Below, one piece after another: positions 49,649 to 58,766 of a DNA stretch of 64,000 bases; position 1 is the stretch's first letter; each line of letters begins with the position of its first letter. The DNA comes from Clostridia bacterium (lineage in GTDB: Bacteria > Bacillota > Clostridia > TANB77 > CAG-508): NCBI GenBank assembly GCA_900759015.1, contig CAAEUE010000014.1, positions 22,904 through 86,903 on the forward strand, read 5' to 3'. The notes under the pieces were generated by a model. That model was not told where the DNA came from. It searched no databases and saw nothing but the letters and a program-made list of their open reading frames with translations. The translations under genes and the position numbers were made by a program.

Positions 49649-51532
49649 ATGGATTTTTTGATTGAAGAAGTAGTAAAAGAACTAAAAAAAATAAATAATG
49701 TAAAATTAACACAAAAAGACAAGAATAAAATTTATAAAAATTTTCCTATTCCAAAAGAACATAAAATTTTATGGGCAGATACTATTGGAAAAAGTATGAA
49801 ATATGGAATGGTCATTACTGATATAGGGCTATTTTTAAGAACAAATCCTACTATTATTAAGAAAAATAATAAAGAAGTAAAAAAAGAAGAAAAGGTAGCC
49901 AATAACTACTATTATTTTAAATGGGAATATTTTAATATAGAAGATTTTAAATTAAAAAGAAACTCTGAAAATGAATATGATGTTATATTTAATAGAAGAA
50001 GAATCCTAGAGATAAATGGTAAATCTAATTTTTTTATATGCTATGAAGATATTTATAATAAATCAATAAAAGAAGCAACAATGTCAGCAGAAAATATTTT
50101 TGCAGATTTAGAAGCGGTTATCCCTGAAAATTTTGCAAGAGTCAATAGCAAGCATGGTCATGGAGAGATGGCAGAAGAAGCACTAACCATATTAGATAAA
50201 TTAAAAGGGAATGAAGCAGAAGTAGTAGGCAGAACAAATCAAAAGAATGGTGCAGATCGTATTGTAAATGGTTTAGAGATTCAAACTAAATATTATAGTT
50301 CTGGAAAAGGATGTATAAATGCGTGTTTTGACAAGACAACAGGACAATTTAGGTATCAAAAATTAAATGGTAAGCCAATGCTAATAGAAGTACCAAAAGA
50401 TAAGTATATAGAGGCTGTTAATGAATTTAGAAAAAAGATTCTAGAGAACAAGGTACCAGGAGTAACAAATCCAGATGATGCCTCAAAATATGTTAAAAAA
50501 GGACAATTAACATATAAACAGGCTCTTAATCTTTGTAAACCAGGAACTATAGAATCCTTAAAATATGATGTTACAACTGGAGCAATAAATTGTTCTTTTG
50601 CTCTAGGAATAAGTTTTTTAACAACTTTCATTTTTGCATATTCAAAAAATAATAATAAAATAGAAGCAATGCAATATGCAATTGCTTCTGGAGTTCAAGT
50701 ATTTGGGTTATCATTTTTTGCACATATACTTACACAACAAGTTGCTAGGACAGAATTAACAAAACAACTTATACCATTAAGTAATTATATTGCACAAAAA
50801 ATGGGATATAAAGCAGTGCAAACTATTGTAAATTCAATTCGTACAATGGCTGGAAAAACAGCAATTTCTGGCTCAGCTGCTATGAAACAATTATCAAAGA
50901 TATTTAGAAATAATGTAGTTTCTTCTATCATTACTTTGGCAGTATTTTCTGTCCCTGATACATATAACTTATTAAAAAAGAGGTTATCAGCTGCACAATA
51001 TACAAAAAATATGCTTTCGTTAGTTGGAACGATTGCAACCGCTGGTTCTGGCACTGTAGCAGCATCTGTTGCTGCCACCAAAATAGGTGCAGTAACAGGA
51101 ACTACAATTGCTCCTGGAATAGGAACTGCTATTGGTATTGCAGGTGGACTTGCTGGAGGAGTAGCTGGTGGTGTAGCTATTAAAGCATTAGGAGATTATA
51201 TTAAGGAAGATGATACAGTAATTTTGTCGAGACTATTTAATGCTGTTGTAGAAAATCTAATATATGAATATATGTTATCAGAAAGTGAAATTAATGAACT
51301 AATAAAAGAATTAAACAATATAACAGCAAAAGAATTCAAAGAATTATTTACTGTAGTTATGGCTATAAGAAAACAAGAAAAAATTATTGAAGATTATTTA
51401 AGACCTTATTTTGAAAAGATAATACGAAAGAGAGCAGTTTTACCAGAACCAAAGCCAGAAGATATTATTGGATTTTTTGAAAAGTTCGAGAATGATAACA
51501 ACCTAAATAATGAAGAAAAGACCCCTAATTGA
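49649..51532 (+). CDS. large uncharacterised protein (627 aa): PH-like N-terminal domain, central globular domain, glycine-zipper multi-TM region, C-terminal helical tail
   Basis: RBS GGAGAAAG before the ATG at 49649. N-terminus KILWADTIGKSMKYGMVITDIGLFLR resembles bacterial PH domains. Residues ~330-530 carry 4-5 TM helices with GxxxG repeats (GIAGGLAGGVAGGVA). Confidence 0.6.
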   Translation: MDFLIEEVVKELKKINNVKLTQKDKNKIYKNFPIPKEHKILWADTIGKSMKYGMVITDIGLFLRTNPTIIKKNNKEVKKEEKVANNYYYFKWEYFNIEDFKLKRNSENEYDVIFNRRRILEINGKSNFFICYEDIYNKSIKEATMSAENIFADLEAVIPENFARVNSKHGHGEMAEEALTILDKLKGNEAEVVGRTNQKNGADRIVNGLEIQTKYYSSGKGCINACFDKTTGQFRYQKLNGKPMLIEVPKDKYIEAVNEFRKKILENKVPGVTNPDDASKYVKKGQLTYKQALNLCKPGTIESLKYDVTTGAINCSFALGISFLTTFIFAYSKNNNKIEAMQYAIASGVQVFGLSFFAHILTQQVARTELTKQLIPLSNYIAQKMGYKAVQTIVNSIRTMAGKTAISGSAAMKQLSKIFRNNVVSSIITLAVFSVPDTYNLLKKRLSAAQYTKNMLSLVGTIATAGSGTVAASVAATKIGAVTGTTIAPGIGTAIGIAGGLAGGVAGGVAIKALGDYIKEDDTVILSRLFNAVVENLIYEYMLSESEINELIKELNNITAKEFKELFTVVMAIRKQEKIIEDYLRPYFEKIIRKRAVLPEPKPEDIIGFFEKFENDNNLNNEEKTPN

Positions 51533-51557
51533 ATCAAATTTCAATTAGGGGTTTAAC

Positions 51558-52007
51558 TTACATTCCTAATTCTTTTAGTATTTGCTTATTCTGTTTTGTA
51601 GCAGGCCAAGAAATTGTAAAAAATAATATAAAAAATATAACAACTAAAACCAAACCAATAATTGTGCTATAACGCATTATAGCTAAAGACTCAAAAAGCG
51701 CTATTACAATAGCATAAATTTTTCTATAATTTTTTACAAGAATTTGTTTTTGTTCATCTGAAGCTTTTTCTTTAACTTTTTTAGCTAATAGAATATCTGG
51801 TTTAGCCAAACTGATTATTAAAATTATTATTAAAAATAAATCTAACACAATATTTCCTCCTTTATTAATTTTATTTAATATATCATAAGAAAATACCATA
51901 GACAATATTAATACAAAATAAGTAAGATTATTTGCTACTTTTTTGCTTTTTCTTAATAAATATGCTATAATAAAGTTTGAGAAACTCGTAGACTTTTTAC
52001 ATTGCAC
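51558..52007 (-). CDS. hypothetical 4-TM membrane protein (start uncertain)
   Basis: Hydrophobic helices. Convergent with the large protein. Confidence 0.4.
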   Translation of the reverse strand: MQCKKSTSFSNFIIAYLLRKSKKVANNLTYFVLILSMVFSYDILNKINKGGNIVLDLFLIIILIISLAKPDILLAKKVKEKASDEQKQILVKNYRKIYAIVIALFESLAIMRYSTIIGLVLVVIFFILFFTISWPATKQNKQILKELGM

Positions 52008-52040
52008 ATTAAGTGCAAATGATTAGCAGGAGGAAGAAAT

Positions 52041-52406
52041 ATGAGAGAAGTATTAGCAGAAGCAAATGTAGTAGAAACAATGCGGAAAGTGATTGTTGAA
52101 TGCATTCGGGACAACGAATGTGAGAACACGCAAATTTGGCTTAATGATGAAGTAGTAAAGAAACTTCAGGATGCCCAGATTTATGGAACGATTAATTATC
52201 CTTATGAAGGATATACTATGTTGGCTTTTGAACTCAGGACGGGAGAAAAAATGGAAATAACATACAACAGGGAAAAAAGTATTGCTCTAAAAAATTGGCA
52301 TAATGCATGGAGTAACCTGAATGTTATTAAATACGTATATTTTCCGGATTCCAAAGAATATTTCTTCTTTGGAGCTACAGAGGAGAAGATTTTAGTAATT
52401 AAATAA
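52041..52406 (+). CDS. hypothetical protein (121 aa) with locally elevated GC
   Basis: RBS AGGAGGAAG. GC clearly above flanks. Followed by a non-canonical hairpin catggctttcctac...gtaggggagccatg (52410-52455). Confidence 0.5.
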   Translation: MREVLAEANVVETMRKVIVECIRDNECENTQIWLNDEVVKKLQDAQIYGTINYPYEGYTMLAFELRTGEKMEITYNREKSIALKNWHNAWSNLNVIKYVYFPDSKEYFFFGATEEKILVIK

Positions 52407-52477
52407 TTAATCTCATGTTTCGTACATGGCTTTCCTACATAAAAGTAGGGGAGCCATGTGTTAGTTTGCATAAAAGA

Positions 52478-54010
52478 TTAAGGCAAATCTATCTTTAAAT
52501 GTTCGTTTTTCAAATCTTTTAATTTATTATTTATACGATTAGCAATATTATCATTATAATTACTATGGTTTTCTATCAAATTAATATAATAATTTAATTT
52601 TTTTAAATAATTTTCTGAATTATTATTTGTTAAATATAAATCATAATAAATATAAATCAATTCCTCTAAAGATTCAATAAGCTCATCAGAAGATTCTTCA
52701 AGCAAAGAAATAGCTTTGGTTAAATCTTTATGAATTCCAATTTCTAAACAACCATCTTTATAAAAATATTTTGCTAAATTATATTTAGACCAATTACACA
52801 AAGTAAATTTTGGTGATTCGCTAGACAAAGTGTAGTAATCAAAAGCTTTTTGTAAATTTATATTTCCTATTTTTCCTAGTCTGTAAAATTCACCAACTCT
52901 ATTTTGACCCCAACTATCACCTAAATTAGCAGATTTCATATAATAATCAAAAGCAAGTTTTAAGTCATTTTGAGCCTCGTAGATTTTGCCAAGATTATTA
53001 AACGCATATACATGTCCCATATCTGCCGCAATTTTAAACATTTCAATTGCTTTTTCTTCGTTCTTAGAAATATGGGGAATAGTACCACAAAGTAGTATAT
53101 TACCAATACTTGTGTAAGCATTAGCACAATTTAGTTTCCTAGCTTTGTTAAAATATTTTAAAGCTAAATACATATCATGTTTAGATTTAGTGCCAATATG
53201 CCCTTCATAATATAAATAACCAATAGCCCAATTAGCTGTTGGATGATTAGCCTTTGCAGCGACTTGATAGTAATCATAAGCTTTTTCATATCTAGCTTTT
53301 CCAGTTATAATTCCATAACATTCCATAGAAGCCATCTCAAAACATGCGAAAGGATTACCATGCCTTGCTAATTCATAAATGCCTCTAATAGACCAAATAC
53401 CAGAAGTTAATTGGATATTAATAAAATCTTCAATATCATTTACAGAAATATTTGTATCATATATTTTCTTTTCAATTATATTATTTAAATTTTCGTCAAT
53501 ATAAATAGGTTGTTTTTTATCTAAAACAGTATAAAATAAGACTTCTGCGATAAAATTATATAAATCGTTATTAGTTAAATTTGAGTATAAACGATTAGAA
53601 AGATTAGTTGTAATATCCGAGTCATTTTTACTAATAGAATATAGTCGCGTACAAATATGACGCATTTTTTCATTTGTATTAAAAATATTAATTGTAATTT
53701 TTGCTGGAACATTAATATCTATTAATTTTAATATTTCCGAAAAAATAGGGAGTAAGGCGTTAGGATTTTGTATATATTTACTTTTTAAATTTTTAATATA
53801 ATTTTTATAAGTAGAATTAATAGCCCTAAAACCTGTACAATAATTATTAACAGTACTATCTGCAATTGAATCTGTATTAAAAATTATAGAGAATAAATCT
53901 GCTTGCCAAAAGCTTGCAGAATTATTACTTTCTTCTTTTAAAATTCTAAAAAAATTACCAAAAGATAAATAATTATCATTTATATTTAAACGAATAAAAT
54001 TCTTTTTCAT
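52478..54010 (-). CDS. Sel1/TPR-like repeat protein (510 aa) with a ~200-aa unknown N-terminal domain
   Basis: At least six Sel1-like repeats (AxxxLGxxYxxG.. A..WY.KAA patterns) in the C-terminal 300 aa. Confidence 0.65.
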   Translation of the reverse strand: MKKNFIRLNINDNYLSFGNFFRILKEESNNSASFWQADLFSIIFNTDSIADSTVNNYCTGFRAINSTYKNYIKNLKSKYIQNPNALLPIFSEILKLIDINVPAKITINIFNTNEKMRHICTRLYSISKNDSDITTNLSNRLYSNLTNNDLYNFIAEVLFYTVLDKKQPIYIDENLNNIIEKKIYDTNISVNDIEDFINIQLTSGIWSIRGIYELARHGNPFACFEMASMECYGIITGKARYEKAYDYYQVAAKANHPTANWAIGYLYYEGHIGTKSKHDMYLALKYFNKARKLNCANAYTSIGNILLCGTIPHISKNEEKAIEMFKIAADMGHVYAFNNLGKIYEAQNDLKLAFDYYMKSANLGDSWGQNRVGEFYRLGKIGNINLQKAFDYYTLSSESPKFTLCNWSKYNLAKYFYKDGCLEIGIHKDLTKAISLLEESSDELIESLEELIYIYYDLYLTNNNSENYLKKLNYYINLIENHSNYNDNIANRINNKLKDLKNEHLKIDLP

Positions 54011-54064
54011 ATATAACCTCCAATAAATATATAAACATTATATTTACATAATATATAAAAGTCA

Positions 54065-54110
54065 ATATAAAAATGTGAAATAAACGTGAAACAAAATAAA
54101 AAACGTGAAA
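54065..54110 (+). promoter_or_regulatory. three direct repeats of ACGTGAAA/TGTGAAA upstream of the hydrolase gene
   Basis: aaaaaTGTGAAAtaaACGTGAAAcaaaataaaaaACGTGAAAaag with 10-11 and 17 nt spacing. Candidate regulator binding site. Confidence 0.3.
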
Positions 54111-54177
54111 AAGTATGAGTTGATATTAGCATACAATAAAATATAGAATAGTAAAAAATAATAAGGAGCTGATTAAT

Positions 54178-54939
54178 ATAAATATTTTAGGATTAAATAT
54201 TAATTACATAGAGCAAGGTGAAGGGGACAACGTCTTAATTTTACCTGGTTGGGGAACAAATTATAATGTATATAAAAATTTAATAGACAATATTTCTAAA
54301 TATGCAAAAGTATATTATTTTGATATGCCAGGTTTTGGAAAATCAGAAGAGCCAAAAGAAGCATGGAATACAGATAATTTTATAGAATTAGTAAAAGAAT
54401 TTATTAAAATAAATAAAATAGATAATATAACATTAATAGGACATTCAAATGGTGGAAGAATTGCAATAAAAATGTTAAGTGAAGGAAATTTAGAATTTAA
54501 AGTACGAAGGTTAATTTTAATAGGAAGTGCAGGAATAGTTCATAAAAAAACAGCAAAACAAAAGGCAAAAATGTCTATAGTAAAATTGGGTAAAAAAGTA
54601 TTAAATACGGGAATTGCAAAAAAAATTGCACCAAATGCGCTAGAAAATTTAAAGAAAAAAATGGGATCAGTGGATTATCGTAATGCAACACCTGTTATGA
54701 GAAATACATTAGTAAAATTAGTAAATGAAGATTTAAAAGATAGACTACCAAAAGTAAATGTTCCAACATTACTATTATGGGGAGAAAATGACACAGAAAC
54801 ACCATTTGATGATGCTAAAATCATGGAAAAAGAAATACCAAATGCAGGGTTAGTACCTTTTAAGGGGTGTTCTCATTATGTGTTTTTAGAAAGACCTGTA
54901 CAAATAAATAATATAATTAAAAATTTTATGGGAAAATAA
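54178..54939 (+). CDS. alpha/beta hydrolase whose expected start codon reads ATA
   Basis: Open frame encodes (M)NILGLNINYIEQGEGDNVLILPGWG...GHSNGG (nucleophile elbow)...catalytic H near the C-terminus. AAGGAG lies 9 nt upstream of ATA at 54178. The first ATG (54325) would delete the oxyanion-hole HG motif. Confidence 0.6.
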   Translation: MNILGLNINYIEQGEGDNVLILPGWGTNYNVYKNLIDNISKYAKVYYFDMPGFGKSEEPKEAWNTDNFIELVKEFIKINKIDNITLIGHSNGGRIAIKMLSEGNLEFKVRRLILIGSAGIVHKKTAKQKAKMSIVKLGKKVLNTGIAKKIAPNALENLKKKMGSVDYRNATPVMRNTLVKLVNEDLKDRLPKVNVPTLLLWGENDTETPFDDAKIMEKEIPNAGLVPFKGCSHYVFLERPVQINNIIKNFMGK

Positions 54940-54954
54940 ATTTGGAGGATATTT

Positions 54955-56499
54955 ATGAAGATAATAATTATAATAGAACTTATTATAAATTATATATTAT
55001 TGCTAATATTTAACACACATATGTTACAACTAAATTCATATTTCTTCTTAAAACATTTTAAATGGATGAGAAAAAATATAAAGAAATTATTATTACAACT
55101 AATTTTAGTAATACCAACAATATTAATATATCTTAATAATACCATATTAAATATAGCTATAATAATTATTTTAGGAATTTCAATAATATATAATATTCCA
55201 AAAAGAAATTCAAAAATATCATTAAAATATACTGGTAGAGTAAAAAGATTAATATTTACAGATATGCTAATATCACTATTAATTTTATTTGTTGGAAGAA
55301 TACAAAATTATATAATAACTAAATTAATAATTATAAATGTATTTGCAAATATGCTAATAATATTATCAAATTTAGTAAATCACCCTATAGAAATGTTAGG
55401 AAGAAAGAGATACATAAACGATGCAAAAAGAATATTAAACGAAATGCCAAATTTACTAGTTATAGGAATAACAGGAAGTTATGGAAAAACTAGTATGAAA
55501 AATTTTTTGTATAGTTTATTATCAGAAAAATATGATGTTTTAAAAACTCCAAAAAACTATAATACAACAATGGGAGTTGTAAAAACTATAAGAGAGGAAT
55601 TAAAGCCAACTCATCAAATATTTTTGTGTGAGATGGGAGCAACAAATGTTGGTGATATTAAAGAAATATGTGATATTGTAAATCCAAAATTAGGAGTAAT
55701 TACATCTATAGGACCACAACACTTAGAAAGTTTTAAAAGCATAGAAAATATAATAAAAACTAAATTTGAATTGGCAGACAGTGTAAAACAAAATAATGGA
55801 ACCATATTTTTAAATTATGATAATGAATATATAAAAAATAAAGAATTAGATATGAACAAGATAACATATGGAGTAAATGATAAATCACTAGATTATAATT
55901 CATATGATTTAGAATCTTCTAATAAAGGATTAAGATTTAAAATTCTAGATAAAGAAACTAATGAGGAAAAAGAATTAAAAACAAAATTAATAGGAAGGCA
56001 TAACATTGTAAACATTACGGGAGCAATAGCTGTGGCAGATTATTTAAAAGTTCCGATGAAAAAAATTGTGGTAAAAGTAAGAGAAATACAAAATGTAAAA
56101 CATAGGTTAGAATTATTGCCAAAAGGTAATATTGCAATAATAGATGATTCGTATAATGCAAACCCTATAAGTTCGAAATCAGCGGTTGATACATTAGGAG
56201 AATTTAAAGGAATAAAGATAATAGTTACTCCAGGTCTTATAGAACTTGGTAAAGAACAAGAAAAATATAACTATGAATTTGGAAAATACATGGCGGATGT
56301 TTGTGATTATATTTTCTTAGTTGGAACAGATAATTACGAAGCCATACTTAAAGGAATAAAAGAAAAAAATTATGATGAACAAAAAGTATTTAAGGTGAAT
56401 TTGCCACAAGAAGCTGTTAGTCAAATTATAAGTTGGAATTTAAAAGAAGAAGTAATAGTCTTATTGGAAAATGATTTACCAGATAATTATAATTTATAA
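54955..56499 (+). CDS. murF: UDP-MurNAc-tripeptide--D-Ala-D-Ala ligase (MurF)-like enzyme with a ~150-aa polytopic membrane N-terminal extension
   Basis: P-loop GITGSYGKTS, central Mur ligase motifs and C-terminal IDDSYNANP...TPGLIELG. The N-terminal 150 aa are 4 hydrophobic helices in place of the usual soluble MurF N-domain. RBS GGAGG. Confidence 0.7.
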   Translation: MKIIIIIELIINYILLLIFNTHMLQLNSYFFLKHFKWMRKNIKKLLLQLILVIPTILIYLNNTILNIAIIIILGISIIYNIPKRNSKISLKYTGRVKRLIFTDMLISLLILFVGRIQNYIITKLIIINVFANMLIILSNLVNHPIEMLGRKRYINDAKRILNEMPNLLVIGITGSYGKTSMKNFLYSLLSEKYDVLKTPKNYNTTMGVVKTIREELKPTHQIFLCEMGATNVGDIKEICDIVNPKLGVITSIGPQHLESFKSIENIIKTKFELADSVKQNNGTIFLNYDNEYIKNKELDMNKITYGVNDKSLDYNSYDLESSNKGLRFKILDKETNEEKELKTKLIGRHNIVNITGAIAVADYLKVPMKKIVVKVREIQNVKHRLELLPKGNIAIIDDSYNANPISSKSAVDTLGEFKGIKIIVTPGLIELGKEQEKYNYEFGKYMADVCDYIFLVGTDNYEAILKGIKEKNYDEQKVFKVNLPQEAVSQIISWNLKEEVIVLLENDLPDNYNL

Positions 56500-56556
56500 A
56501 TATCTTAAGCTAAACGAAATATTCATAAAGAGTTTAAAGGAAGGTAGGTAATTTTT

Positions 56557-57747
56557 ATGAAAATTAAATTAGGTGTTTTCTTTGGTGGAAAGAGTGTTGA
56601 ACATGAAGTGTCTATAATAACTGCACTTCAAGCAATAGAAAATATGAATAAGGAAAAATATGATATTGTACCAATATATATTGCAAAAGATAATAAAATG
56701 TATTGTGGAGACTTTGTTGATGATATAAAACAATACACAAATATAGAGAATTTAAAAAGAATAAGTACACAAGTAACTCTTTCATTAAAGGATAATAAAA
56801 CAGTTTTATTAAGAACAAATAAGAAATTTTACGAAAATGAAGTTTATGACTATATAGATGTTGCATTCCCTATTGTTCATGGTACAAATGTAGAAGATGG
56901 TACACTTCAAGGATATTTAAAAATGTTTAATTTACCATATGTTGGATGCGATGTTACATCATCTGCAGTTGGAATGGATAAATATGTTTCTAAAACAATT
57001 TTAAAAGAAAACAATATTCCTGTTTTAGACTGCAAATGTTATTATAAAAATGAAGAAGTAGAAGATATAGTAAAAAGTGTTGAAGCTAATATAGAATATC
57101 CTGTAATTGTTAAACCAATCAATTTAGGATCAAGTATTGGAATAGTTGTTGCAAAAAATAGAGAAGAATTAGAAGAGGCAATAGAAGATGCATTTACATA
57201 TGCGAGAAAGATTTTAATAGAAAAAGCTATAAAGAATTTAAAAGAAGTAAATTGCTCTGTTCTAGGTGATTACGAAGAATGTAATGCCTCAGAATGTGAA
57301 GAATTAGATAAAACATCAGATATTTTATCATATGAAGATAAATATATATCAGGAGGTAAAAAAACAGGCGGAGCTAAACAATCTATGAATGCAGGAGTAT
57401 TAAAATTACCAGCAGATATAAGTAAAGAATTAAAAGAAAGAATTCAAACTTTAGCAAAAGAAACATTTAAAATATTAGGTTGCACAGGAGTAATACGTAT
57501 AGACTTTTTAATTGATGAAGATACAGATAATGTATATGTAAACGAGGTAAATACTATTCCTGGTTGTTTATCTTTCCATCTATGGAGAGCAGTAGGAATG
57601 GAATATCCAGAGTTATTAGATAAAGAAATCGAATTAGCATTAAAAAGAAATCGTGAAGAAAATAATATGGTATTTTCTTTTGACACAAATGTATTAGAAG
57701 GATATGCAAATGGCGGACTTAAAGGTGGAAAAGGAAAATTGGCCTAA
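56557..57747 (+). CDS. ddl: D-alanine--D-alanine ligase (long form, 396 aa)
   Basis: KIKLGVFFGGKSVEHEVS N-terminus and an ATP-grasp core with a C-terminal extension. Confidence 0.9.
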   Translation: MKIKLGVFFGGKSVEHEVSIITALQAIENMNKEKYDIVPIYIAKDNKMYCGDFVDDIKQYTNIENLKRISTQVTLSLKDNKTVLLRTNKKFYENEVYDYIDVAFPIVHGTNVEDGTLQGYLKMFNLPYVGCDVTSSAVGMDKYVSKTILKENNIPVLDCKCYYKNEEVEDIVKSVEANIEYPVIVKPINLGSSIGIVVAKNREELEEAIEDAFTYARKILIEKAIKNLKEVNCSVLGDYEECNASECEELDKTSDILSYEDKYISGGKKTGGAKQSMNAGVLKLPADISKELKERIQTLAKETFKILGCTGVIRIDFLIDEDTDNVYVNEVNTIPGCLSFHLWRAVGMEYPELLDKEIELALKRNREENNMVFSFDTNVLEGYANGGLKGGKGKLA

Positions 57748-57749
57748 AT

Positions 57750-57776
57750 GAACTTTTAGGACGGAGCTTAAAGTTC
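57750..57776. repeat. GGGACG-loop palindromic repeat (GAACTTT stem variant)
   Basis: gaacttttaggacggagcttaaagttc. Confidence 0.7.
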
Positions 57777-57799
57777 AAAAGTTGCGAGAAAATTAGAAA

Positions 57800-57842
57800 A
57801 ATAAAGCCCCCTGTTACCAGAAAGGTAATGGGGGCTTCATTG
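57800..57842 (-). terminator. GC-rich terminator for the 57891 gene
   Basis: aagcccccat...gggggctt stem with a T-run on the minus strand. Confidence 0.6.
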
Positions 57843-57890
57843 GTTTTGCTAAATTAGCACTCGCCATCGGTGGTGGCTTAACATAAGAGT

Positions 57891-58661
57891 TTAAAATACA
57901 AAATAGACGATACTGTTTTTTTGGTCATAAGTAAGTGAAGTCACTTTAGTACAAGCAGTTTGATTTGCAAGATAATCCATATATTGATAGCTTGTAGCTA
58001 TATTAGACAAATATGAAGGATCTGCTAAAAATGCTTCATGGTCTTTGCTTATCTGAGCTAAGACCTTTAAAGCTTCTTCATCTGTAAACTTTTTTGTGAA
58101 ACATTTACAGATATTTTTAGGAAGCCCAGTAGAAGACATAAATAACTTTAATTTCCTTGTATATTCTGCTTTAGCAGTGGCAATATTTACCATAATATAC
58201 TTTCGGTTTTTCTTGTTATTTCCTTCAATACGAAGTTCCCACGTATCATCGATTTCATAGACCACGAGATGAGAACCATAATATTTTAAGTTAACGGTTT
58301 TATACTCCGTTCCAATTTGACTTACTACAAATTCTGTTGTTTCAACATCGTGAACAATTCGTTCTCTTAGAATTGCCATTTCTTTTGCAGCTTTTTCTTT
58401 AGATATAACCTGCGTTACATCTTCTGTTTTTTGATCCTTTAAATGTAAGCAGTGTCTGTGAAAAGCAATTAACGAACTTGAAGGAGATACTTCCTTTTCT
58501 TTTCTTATCTTGTCGCTTTTGGTAACAATGTAGATATCTTCTGGGTTAAGAATATTTACAAGATAATAGTAAACTTTGCCATTATCTTCTATTATATAAA
58601 TATCACCAGAAATTGAGCCTACATATTCTGACCGTCCTTTACCTAAAAATACTTTCTCCAT
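57891..58661 (-). CDS. hypothetical protein (256 aa), moderately elevated GC
   Basis: Long ORF with no motif recognised. Flanked by the repeat and the GC-rich terminator. Confidence 0.5.
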   Translation of the reverse strand: MEKVFLGKGRSEYVGSISGDIYIIEDNGKVYYYLVNILNPEDIYIVTKSDKIRKEKEVSPSSSLIAFHRHCLHLKDQKTEDVTQVISKEKAAKEMAILRERIVHDVETTEFVVSQIGTEYKTVNLKYYGSHLVVYEIDDTWELRIEGNNKKNRKYIMVNIATAKAEYTRKLKLFMSSTGLPKNICKCFTKKFTDEEALKVLAQISKDHEAFLADPSYLSNIATSYQYMDYLANQTACTKVTSLTYDQKNSIVYFVF

Positions 58662-58766
58662 AAAACCCCTTTCTAATCAATTGATTACCATAAATTAAAC
58701 AGTTGCTAAATTGCTTTATAGGTTGTATTATAATATGAATATATAATTTTAGTAAAGAGGTAGGAA

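Noticed and set aside
48795-49650. Integrase or prophage remnant next to tRNA-Leu
   Set aside because: There is no tyrosine or serine recombinase motif, and no duplicated tRNA 3' end was spotted within the window. The island assignment rests on gene content only.
54955-55410. N-terminal membrane extension of MurF as an ORF-extension artefact
   Set aside because: This was not rejected. A 450-nt stop-free frame in about 20% GC DNA with a strong GGAGG RBS is unlikely by chance, so it is kept as real but flagged.
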